From an uncultured virus (IMG/VR IMGVR_UViG_3300021091_000024) (Duplodnaviria; Heunggongvirae; Uroviricota; Caudoviricetes), in the IMG/VR virus record IMGVR_UViG_3300021091_000024: a DNA stretch of 55,045 bases; one strand, 5' to 3'. The position numbers and the translations under genes were made by a program. Below are positions 29,626 through 37,698 of this stretch, in pieces. How positions within the stretch are numbered: position 1 is the stretch's first letter; every line of letters begins with the position of its first letter. A model generated the notes under the pieces. The model did not search any database. It was not told where the DNA came from and saw only the letters and a program-made list of their open reading frames with translations.

Positions 29626-30264
29626 ATGTCAATAGAATTTGAGAAAAAGGCACCCGGCGAAGGGGTGCTCCCAGATTTCATCCCGCAGGAGCTCATAACC
29701 GGCGACATTCTGAGGGGCTACGGTCCTCGCCGTGGGAATCTAGAGAGACTTCTCCGCTATTGGAGACCAATCATGAGAAAACCTGGCGGGTTCCGCAGGT
29801 GCAGGGTCATTCTCGCGAACCATCCTGAACTATATCCACTAGAAAGAATTTGCGCCTGGCTCCACCACGAAACAACTGGACTTTGGCCAAATGAGGGCTG
29901 TCACCACCCGGGGATGAAGAATTGTAAAGGCAAACTAAGGAAGAGGAACTGGGGTAATGCCCAGTTTAATGCCCGTCTAAGGAAGCTCAGGGGCGGCAAA
30001 AAGAAGGACGCATTCGGGGAGGAGATGTTCTTTTCCGACTTCTACGAATACAAGAGCGACGAAATGCAAAATTACGTTGTAACAGAGGCGGATTTTAAGC
30101 ATGCCATTTCTGTTCTTCTTGACTTTGTGGAACTTGAACCGGTATTTGTGAAAGAACTACGCGATGTTTCTAACTGGGAAATTGAGGCAGAATTAGACAA
30201 CGGCGAATTTAAAATTCTGCCATTCGATTACGAAATGATTGAAGACTGCTGCGATGAAAAATGA
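29626..30264 (+). CDS. hypothetical head-associated protein with Cys/His motif
   Basis: LLRYW...PGGFRRC...CAWLHHETTGLWP; abuts the upstream stop. Confidence 0.7.
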   Translation: MSIEFEKKAPGEGVLPDFIPQELITGDILRGYGPRRGNLERLLRYWRPIMRKPGGFRRCRVILANHPELYPLERICAWLHHETTGLWPNEGCHHPGMKNCKGKLRKRNWGNAQFNARLRKLRGGKKKDAFGEEMFFSDFYEYKSDEMQNYVVTEADFKHAISVLLDFVELEPVFVKELRDVSNWEIEAELDNGEFKILPFDYEMIEDCCDEK

Positions 30265-32287
30265 GGACTTCTCGGAATGTTGCGGAGAAAAGCCTGCAAC
30301 TATAACAAGATTTATAGTCGCTGACCTTTCGAAAAAGGCACTTAACGTTTTTAAGGACGTTGCCTCGTCGAATAAGTCAGTAGTCGAATATAAGGCTTCC
30401 GTTAACCGGTCTAGCTCAATGCGTTCGTACTCCAGAAAAACTATTACCGCAGAGTCTGGGATAGAGACGAAAATTACAGCGCGGCAGGTTGGCCGCTCTA
30501 TTGTCTCCACAATAATTCCGGGCGACGTTAGCCCAATTCGTTCACCAATCCGCTCCGCAGTGTGGAGAACAATCACCCCAGGACTACCTGGTGGTGGTGG
30601 AGGGGGAACTGTTCCTGGCCGCAATAGGGGGTACAGATGTCCCGAGGGATATCAGTACGGTGGAAGGTTTACCGACTCAAGACTTTCAACATGCGGCGCA
30701 AAGCTATTTGACATACCTTCACCATTGGGGTTGGCGTTATCTGCGGTCAGGAGAGCAATTCGTGGCCCTGCAGCAATGCCGGGAGTCACTGGTGAAATAT
30801 TGGGGGGCGCTCCATCTCCAGGGAACATAATAGTTTCACGCGACCCTAATACGGTTATTCCTAAAGTTTCTGCCTATAACCAAAAAGCGGCGCTCGCCCG
30901 TATAAAAGAGATGGTAGAAGGTCTATCTAACCATAGGTCTCGAGCCGCAAGAATGGTTAGAAGAGATGGTTTTGTTCTTGAGCCAGTAGTGCCAGCAAGA
31001 GTTCTTCGCTCCGTCCCGGACAACAGGGATATGGAGGGGGCTACCTATCTCCTATCTGCCTTTTCCGCCAAGGATTTTGGCAACGACGAAATGGGGCTCC
31101 TATCCAACACTGGGATTAGTTCAGTGATGTATGTAATGCCCGGGGGTTCTGTAATTTCCCTATCTAAAGCCCGTGAATTGACTGTTGGGGAAAGAAGAAA
31201 ACTGGGCAAAACAATCAAGGTTGCCGAACGCATGATTAATAGCAAAGACCCAGCAGCACGCCTCAAGTATGTTGCTGATGAAATGGGCGACGGTATTTCC
31301 TATTCTGAAAAGTTCGTCGGAATAAAAAATCCAAACGAAATAATAAACGGCAAGCCAAATTGGACAAAATACGCATTTGATATGTCCAGGATGAAGTCTC
31401 CCAAAAAGGCTCCCAACTTTGAGTCAACGAAAGATACAGATAGTGCGAGGGCTGCCGGTTCAAAAATAAAATCTGTTGATGAAGCGCTTGAGCATGTAGC
31501 AAATGGCGGCTCCCTATCGGATATTGATTCTTCAATACTGGGAACTGTTCTCGCTAAATCAGACACCATAGCTAAACAGCGAATAGATGCGAAGCAAACA
31601 GTTGTAGTGGTAGGCAATAGAAAGTACGTTTTCTATACAAGACCTGACTATAAATTCCAGCACCTTGCTGAGCGTTTTGCTTCAGACGTACAGCAGCATC
31701 TTGGACTCGAGTCTCCAGATGTTCTTTTTGTTGGTAAGGCTGGTGACAGGAGGCAGTACCTAAGAGAAGATATAGAAACATCTATACCTGGGGCAACATT
31801 CAACCCAAATGCAAAAATGTCAGATTTTAAACCGCAAGACGTAGCAAGAATGATGATTTCTGACATTCTTACAGACCAGCGCGGCAGGCCGATGACTTCA
31901 GTTTATGGAGTAACAACAATGGACGGCGAAGTACCGGTCCTTGCGCAGAACTTCACTTCCGGTCTCGTTGACTTAAGCAAAATAGAAATTACAAAACGCA
32001 TGAAGCTAGGAATAGCTGGTCTTTATGGCGTAGAGGGCACAGTTGACTACTCTAAATACTATAAAGAACTAAAAATAGAGCAACAAATAGTCTTCAGAAA
32101 ATTCCTTGATTCGCTCATCAGGAGAGCAAGAGAGTTTGAAGTAAGAGAACTAAGGAGAAAACTAAATATCGGGGGCCTATCGGACGGGGAGAAACAGCAT
32201 CTTGAGATAATCGGAAAAATATACGCTATAAGACTCGATTTATTGACCTCGAGCAAGCGCTCAATTATTGATTATTTGCGAGGATAA
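30254..32287 (+). CDS. head-associated protein with RCPxG motif and a degenerate HipA/PI3K-like kinase fold
   Basis: RCPEGYQYGGRFTD; AERFASDVQQHLGLESPDV...MMISDILTDQRGRPMTSV. Confidence 0.7.
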   Translation: MKNEDFSECCGEKPATITRFIVADLSKKALNVFKDVASSNKSVVEYKASVNRSSSMRSYSRKTITAESGIETKITARQVGRSIVSTIIPGDVSPIRSPIRSAVWRTITPGLPGGGGGGTVPGRNRGYRCPEGYQYGGRFTDSRLSTCGAKLFDIPSPLGLALSAVRRAIRGPAAMPGVTGEILGGAPSPGNIIVSRDPNTVIPKVSAYNQKAALARIKEMVEGLSNHRSRAARMVRRDGFVLEPVVPARVLRSVPDNRDMEGATYLLSAFSAKDFGNDEMGLLSNTGISSVMYVMPGGSVISLSKARELTVGERRKLGKTIKVAERMINSKDPAARLKYVADEMGDGISYSEKFVGIKNPNEIINGKPNWTKYAFDMSRMKSPKKAPNFESTKDTDSARAAGSKIKSVDEALEHVANGGSLSDIDSSILGTVLAKSDTIAKQRIDAKQTVVVVGNRKYVFYTRPDYKFQHLAERFASDVQQHLGLESPDVLFVGKAGDRRQYLREDIETSIPGATFNPNAKMSDFKPQDVARMMISDILTDQRGRPMTSVYGVTTMDGEVPVLAQNFTSGLVDLSKIEITKRMKLGIAGLYGVEGTVDYSKYYKELKIEQQIVFRKFLDSLIRRAREFEVRELRRKLNIGGLSDGEKQHLEIIGKIYAIRLDLLTSSKRSIIDYLRG

Positions 32288-32290
32288 ATT

Positions 32291-33022
32291 ATGAAACTTT
32301 TCTCACTTATTTATGACCCGATAACATCGTCGCCATTCGCAGTAATGATTAAGTCGTCACCAAACGATGAATCAATACTTGCGATAACAGATAGAGCTAA
32401 AGAGACATATTTTTCCTATGGTTACTCTTTTGTTCCGGAGGGAATGGTAAAGACTCCATATGGACCGCTAACGGCGAAAGCTCAAGAAAAAGTCTCATCC
32501 ATGATTGCCGGCGATGATTTTTTTCCCCTTTCGGAAATTAGAGAAATGCTAAGTCCCACATATGTGTATGTTGGTAGAAAAATGACGAACATTACAGCGA
32601 ACGAGAAATCGGTGAACTTCAAAAGGAATAGTCATGGATTCTCGCAGGGCAGCCTCGATTATAGAACTACGCTATTTATCACTCATAGCAAGCAAATTTC
32701 AGCATTGTCACACATGAAAGCGTCGCATGTGTTCTTCGACCCCATAACAAATAGGCCTTCTGTTTTACCAAACGATGCTGGCTATGGATATGAAGGAGAG
32801 AGAATAGAGACATCGGTTGGTCGGTCTTCTGCAAGAAGAATGGGGCTCGCATCAAAGAATTACCTGCCAGTCCCATACTCAACAAATAGCCGCATAAATC
32901 GAAGGGTAAAAAGTCTCATAGGTGTCGATTACGTCGTCGGACAGGGAAAATCGATACAGGCGAGAATCTTTGAATCAAAAATCGAATACTCCAGACGTAG
33001 GGGCAGAAATGGCCAGGGATAA
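32291..33022 (+). CDS. hypothetical protein (head module)
   Basis: 243-aa ORF with RBS gagga. Confidence 0.7.
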   Translation: MKLFSLIYDPITSSPFAVMIKSSPNDESILAITDRAKETYFSYGYSFVPEGMVKTPYGPLTAKAQEKVSSMIAGDDFFPLSEIREMLSPTYVYVGRKMTNITANEKSVNFKRNSHGFSQGSLDYRTTLFITHSKQISALSHMKASHVFFDPITNRPSVLPNDAGYGYEGERIETSVGRSSARRMGLASKNYLPVPYSTNSRINRRVKSLIGVDYVVGQGKSIQARIFESKIEYSRRRGRNGQG

Positions 33023-33659
33023 GAACAAGAAGAAAAGAGTCCTTTCTGGCGATTTAGCTAAAAAGGAAGCAATCAGAATGGCCGAAATACTCGGATGTTC
33101 TGGAATTCATCAGGACAAAAATGGAAACTGGGTGCCGTGCTCTTCTCATGAGGAATTACAGAAAATTTCTAACGCTGCTGAGTCTGACGAGACTTTCAAG
33201 GAAAACAAGGACTCGGGATACGGCGGAAAATCCGAAAAACCAAAAAGATTCAGAAGAGGCAAAAAAGCAAGAAGAAGAGGTGACGACTGGGAGAACCTTG
33301 AGGAAAGGGGTCCAATATCAATTGACACGCTTCCCGGCGGGGGCCTTGTTTCCGGGGGCCTTGTCAGCAAGGCGGAATCTCGCAAGGGGCCGGAATATGT
33401 TAGAGACAACGACCCAGACGTATTTGTGGACCCGGAGTCGGCTAAATTCCGCTCGAGACAGCTTGGGTGTATAGGGATAAGCAGAAGAATATCCAAAACA
33501 GGCAGAGCAGTATGGATGCCATGCAGCAACATGAGCGACTATGCCCGTGTCGCAGGCTCAACTTCGTTGGGCAGGAGGGGAAGAGTGGCGGAATTTGAGC
33601 GTTCCGTGAGAACAATAGTCTCGCGAGAACTAGATAAGCGTAAGAAAAAAAATCGCTAA
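33009..33659 (+). CDS. protein with two DUF3721-like GC.G...W.PC repeats
   Basis: EAIRMAEILGCSGIHQDKNGNWVPCSSH and SAKFRSRQLGCIGIS...VWMPCSNM. Start taken at ATG 33009. Confidence 0.65.
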   Translation: MARDKNKKKRVLSGDLAKKEAIRMAEILGCSGIHQDKNGNWVPCSSHEELQKISNAAESDETFKENKDSGYGGKSEKPKRFRRGKKARRRGDDWENLEERGPISIDTLPGGGLVSGGLVSKAESRKGPEYVRDNDPDVFVDPESAKFRSRQLGCIGISRRISKTGRAVWMPCSNMSDYARVAGSTSLGRRGRVAEFERSVRTIVSRELDKRKKKNR

Positions 33660-33799
33660 AAGATTTACACACAAAAGTTGTAAATTTAAGTAGTTACACT
33701 AATAGGTGTAAATCTCTGTTATGTTTATCTAACAGCGCTGGGTGCTTACCTAAGCCGAAGCAAAAATCCACCCATCTCACTTCACAAGAGGTAAACACA

Positions 33800-35131
33800 A
33801 TGTCGCAAGACAAATCAAGAATCGATGAGCTCCAAGCAGCTCTCCGTCAGAAAATGTCAGACAACAAGGCAATCGCCGACTCCTTCAGAATCGAAGACGG
33901 CGCTGTTGTTGTTTCTGCTGAGCAGAAGTCAGCGTTCGACAAGAACATGGCCGACATCAAGGAAATCAAGAGCCTAATCTCTGGACTTGAGGACATGTCG
34001 CAGGTTACTGCGTGGTCAGCAGAGCCACAAGAGACAGTTTCCGGTGCATTTGCTGCCGCGCAAAGCGAAATGCAGCAACTCACATCACGCGAAATCAAGA
34101 CCATCGGTGAGATGTTCCTTGATTCACCAGAGTTCAAGTCACTGAACAATGGTCGTAATGGCGCAAACATGTCCGCTCCGTGGCAGGCTGGCGTTTCGCT
34201 GACCGGCTATAACGTCAAGGATGTCTTCTCGGCACTGCCGACTGGCACCCCTGGTTCATTCGGCACAATCCAGCGTGACCCGATGGTTACTCCTCCAATG
34301 CGCACAAAGCGTGTTCGCGACCTGTTCCCAGTTCGCACCACGACCGCAGCGGTTATCGAGTACTTCCGTCAGCTCGGCTTCACTACCATTTCGGGGGGCG
34401 GCACAAACAATGCTGCCGCAGTCGCTGAAAGAACCGGCGCCGCTTTTGCACTTAAGCCGCAGTCGTCGTTCCAGTTCGTTGGTGAGCAGGCTCCAGTTCG
34501 CACCCTTGCGCACTGGGAGGCAGCACACCGCAACGTTCTGGCTGATGAACCGCAGCTGCGTTCAATCATCGACAACGAGCTGATGTACGGTCTACGTCTC
34601 CTTGAGGACTCGCAAATTCTCAACGGCAGCGGCACCGGCGAGAACCTGACTGGTGTTCTTCAGACCTCAGGCATCCAGGAGTACGACTGGTCAGACGGTG
34701 CGTCAACTCCGGTTGCAGACACGAAAGCTGACGCTCTGCGTCGCGCGGCGACACTGTCGTTCCTCGCGTACTACGAGCCAACCGGCATCGTTCTTCACCC
34801 GAACGACTGGGAAGACATCGAGCTAGCCAAGGATGCCAACGGCCAGTACCTCATCGCGGTTTCGGTCGCGTTGGGTGGCGAGCCGAAGGTTTGGCGTATG
34901 CCAATCGTCGACACTCCGGCCATGACCGAGGGCACGGCTCTCGTCGGCGCCTTCGGCACCGGCGCTCAGCTGTACGACCGCGAGCAGGCAAGCATCCGAA
35001 TCTCAGAGCAGCACTCGGACTTCTTCGTCCGTAACGCCATCGTCATCCTCGCGGAGCAAAGACTGGCACTCGCCGTCAAGCGCCCAGAGGCTTTCGTTAA
35101 GGTGACGTTCGACGAGGCACCTGGGGCCTGA
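33800..35131 (+). CDS. major capsid protein (HK97 fold, N-terminal delta domain)
   Basis: VRDLFPV, VRTLAHW, LADEPQLRSIIDNELMYGL..LEDSQILNGSGTGENLTG, VLHPNDW, KDANGQYL, FVRNAIVILAEQRLALAVKRPEAFV; RBS gagg. Confidence 0.95.
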   Translation: MSQDKSRIDELQAALRQKMSDNKAIADSFRIEDGAVVVSAEQKSAFDKNMADIKEIKSLISGLEDMSQVTAWSAEPQETVSGAFAAAQSEMQQLTSREIKTIGEMFLDSPEFKSLNNGRNGANMSAPWQAGVSLTGYNVKDVFSALPTGTPGSFGTIQRDPMVTPPMRTKRVRDLFPVRTTTAAVIEYFRQLGFTTISGGGTNNAAAVAERTGAAFALKPQSSFQFVGEQAPVRTLAHWEAAHRNVLADEPQLRSIIDNELMYGLRLLEDSQILNGSGTGENLTGVLQTSGIQEYDWSDGASTPVADTKADALRRAATLSFLAYYEPTGIVLHPNDWEDIELAKDANGQYLIAVSVALGGEPKVWRMPIVDTPAMTEGTALVGAFGTGAQLYDREQASIRISEQHSDFFVRNAIVILAEQRLALAVKRPEAFVKVTFDEAPGA

Positions 35132-35147
35132 GCCTAAATAATTAATA

Positions 35148-35198
35148 GCGAGAGCCCCACCGAAGCTGAAAAGCGGAGGTGGGGCCTTTCGCATTTAT
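35148..35198 (+). terminator. probable intrinsic terminator after the capsid gene
   Basis: gcgagagccccacc...ggtggggcctttcgc hairpin followed by atttat. Confidence 0.65.
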
Positions 35199-35277
35199 GG
35201 GACATTTATACTGATGTTTATGGGATAATGTTTTACCCGTGCACACCACTTAACGGTCATAGGCAGGAAGCGCTTCG

Positions 35278-36531
35278 ATGGATGATATAGATAGCGAAAT
35301 AAAAGAGCTGGAATCCTTGAAGTTGATTACAGTTCGCGTTAAAACGGAAGAGGAAGAACTCTTTGCAGATTTCCCCATGCCGCAGATATGGGAAGACTAT
35401 TCTGATGAAGCTCTCTTTGGGGATGAGGATGGACTTGATGCCTATGATTCAAAATCCCTGAAACAGTGGTTTAAAGAGAAATGGGTAGACATTTCCAGGC
35501 CAAAGCCTGGCGGTGGGTTTGAGCCGTGTGGGAGAGATAAGGCCGGCAAGGGTAAATACCCCAAATGCGTTCCAGCATCACGAGCAGCAAAAATGAAGCC
35601 ATCCGAGATTGCCTCAGCAGTAAGGCGCAAAAGAAAAGCGGAGTCCACCCAGCAAAGGGACGGGAAAAAGCCCATATATGTCTCGACAATGAAAAAAGAC
35701 GCCAGAGGTGAGGATTTCGGTGAGAAGGCCGCTATTCCAACAAATAGGGCGCTTTACGAGAGAGTTAAGGCGGAAGCAAAAGCCAAGTTCGATGTTTACC
35801 CATCGGCCTATGCAAACGCCTGGCTTGTAAGAGAATATAAAAAGCGTGGTGGTGGGTACAGAGAAGGCGCAAAAGAAATGGACGCCGACTACGTGGATGA
35901 GGTGGAGGAATTAAGCGAAAAACAACTCTCTGACTTCATAGATTGGGTTGACGAAAAGGCAGCGAAGAGAAATCCTCGCTTAAAAGACCCCAAAGGTGGC
36001 CTCACGGCGGCCGGTAGGGCGTACTTTAAGAGGACTCAAGGGGCAAACCTGAAACCGGGGGTTCGTGGACCGGCAGATACTCCGGAAAAAATGCGCCGTA
36101 AGGGTTCTTTTTTGACAAGATTTTTTACCAATCCTTCTGGCCCCATGGTCGACGATAAGGGCAGAGCCACTCGGCTTGCGCTATCTGCTGCGGCGTGGGG
36201 CGAACCTGTTCCCAAGAACGCGGAGGATGCGGCTCGTCTAGCAGCAAAAGGCAGAAGGCTTCTAGACAGGTATGAGAATACAAAAAAACGTAAAAAAGAC
36301 GACGCTCCCAATGTGGAACCTCAGTCAATTTCAATGTCCAACGAAGATATGGCTCAAAAATTCATAGACGGCCTATCCGACGATGATTTTGAGAAGATAT
36401 TCCCAGAAGGTAGCGAGTGGGTAATACCGACAGAAGAAAAGTGGCTGTTTGACGTCGCAGGTGCATTTTTGCGTCGCAGCATAACCAACAGAAGGAAAAG
36501 GAAACGCAAAAAGCGGAGAATGTTCCTATGA
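35278..36531 (+). CDS. multi-module basic phage protein (DUF5872/DUF6321-like modules)
   Basis: LKQWFKEKWVDI...PCGR...YPKCVP; LYERVKAEAKAKFDVYPSAYANAWLVREYKKRGG; DPKGGLTAAGRAYF...RKGSFLTRF. Confidence 0.7.
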   Translation: MDDIDSEIKELESLKLITVRVKTEEEELFADFPMPQIWEDYSDEALFGDEDGLDAYDSKSLKQWFKEKWVDISRPKPGGGFEPCGRDKAGKGKYPKCVPASRAAKMKPSEIASAVRRKRKAESTQQRDGKKPIYVSTMKKDARGEDFGEKAAIPTNRALYERVKAEAKAKFDVYPSAYANAWLVREYKKRGGGYREGAKEMDADYVDEVEELSEKQLSDFIDWVDEKAAKRNPRLKDPKGGLTAAGRAYFKRTQGANLKPGVRGPADTPEKMRRKGSFLTRFFTNPSGPMVDDKGRATRLALSAAAWGEPVPKNAEDAARLAAKGRRLLDRYENTKKRKKDDAPNVEPQSISMSNEDMAQKFIDGLSDDDFEKIFPEGSEWVIPTEEKWLFDVAGAFLRRSITNRRKRKRKKRRMFL

Positions 36532-36938
36532 GTAGCAGATTTTGGTATGGAGCGACCACGCTTGGGATTGTTGACGGTGACACAATAGACCTGATGATTG
36601 ACCTTGGCTTCAATATCCACCACAAAATCAGAGTCCGGCTCTATGGCGTGAATGCCCCAGAATCAAGGACAAAAGACCTTGCCGAGAAAGAACTAGGTTT
36701 GAAAGCGAAAAAGTTCACCGAGGAATGGCTTACTCAGAACAAGTGGATTTATGTCAACACAATCCCAGACAAAAATGACAAATACGGAAGAATTCTGGCC
36801 AAAATATATACAGACGAAAACATCTACAGACCAGAGGTGAAGTGCCTCAACGAGGACATCATTAAGTCGGGATTTGCCCGCGAGTACTACGGTGTTGGCG
36901 ATAAAACGTGGGCAGAATTCAAGAAGAAAGGGTCGTAG
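36528..36938 (+). CDS. thermonuclease (SNase-like)
   Basis: IVDGDTID, RVRLYGVNAPE, DKYGRILA, LNEDIIKSGFA. Confidence 0.9.
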   Translation: MSSRFWYGATTLGIVDGDTIDLMIDLGFNIHHKIRVRLYGVNAPESRTKDLAEKELGLKAKKFTEEWLTQNKWIYVNTIPDKNDKYGRILAKIYTDENIYRPEVKCLNEDIIKSGFAREYYGVGDKTWAEFKKKGS

Positions 36939-37696
36939 TGGAAGAGAAAAACATACTCGCAATGCTCATGTCTGGCATGCCTATTCGCATTGTTTCAGAC
37001 AGCAAACCGGAACATCATTCGCTTGCCCCTGAAGAGAGAGAGCTTGCAGATTCGCTAGTGCGAATAGCCGAAAAATTCGGGAAATTCAACGAAGACGGCA
37101 AGGGAATCTGGGCTGGATACAAGCCCGCATCGAGCAACACCAAAGCCTCAATCGGGGTCAAATGCTCAAACTGTGTTCTTTATTTGGGCGGCGGCCAGTG
37201 CAGGATAATACAAAATACCGTTGAGCCGGAAGGAAAGTGCCGTTTTGCTGTAATTCCAGACGGAGTTGTTGAGGGTTATAAATCAGCGGAGGACGGCATC
37301 GAGTATAAAGTGGGCGACAAGTGCCCCACCGCCACACGCGACATAGCCGTAAACCTCAAGAATAGAGGTAAGGCAATCAAGACAGCAATGTATGGGCCCC
37401 TGAATCCATCAGAAGAAAATAACGAATACTGGGCGAAGATTGGCTCAGAATGGGATGTCACTGCTGATGAGGCAAGAAAGCAGAGATGCGGAAATTGCGC
37501 CGTCTTTATAGTCACACCAGAAATGAAGGACTGTATCAAAACAGGCCTAACCGAAGAGAACAAAATGGACGATTGGGATTCAATTGACGCGGCGGGTGAA
37601 CTTGGGTACTGCGAGGCTTTTGATTTTAAATGCGCATCCAAGAGGACATGTAGGGCCTGGGTCACGGGCGGACCAGTAACTCGGACTAAGAAGTAA
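36938..37696 (+). CDS. Cys-rich two-module protein (HiPIP-like module + CGNC module)
   Basis: KCSNCVLY...QC...VEPEGKC and RCGNCAVF...GYC..FDFKCASKRTC..W. GTG start at 36938 overlaps the upstream stop. Confidence 0.65.
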   Translation: MEEKNILAMLMSGMPIRIVSDSKPEHHSLAPEERELADSLVRIAEKFGKFNEDGKGIWAGYKPASSNTKASIGVKCSNCVLYLGGGQCRIIQNTVEPEGKCRFAVIPDGVVEGYKSAEDGIEYKVGDKCPTATRDIAVNLKNRGKAIKTAMYGPLNPSEENNEYWAKIGSEWDVTADEARKQRCGNCAVFIVTPEMKDCIKTGLTEENKMDDWDSIDAAGELGYCEAFDFKCASKRTCRAWVTGGPVTRTKK

Positions 37697-37698
37697 AC

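Noticed and set aside
6012..32256. Numerous minus-strand and alternate-frame ORFs overlapping the head genes
   Set aside because: They are Ser/Leu/Phe-rich antisense shadows of long plus-strand ORFs, with no recognisable motifs.
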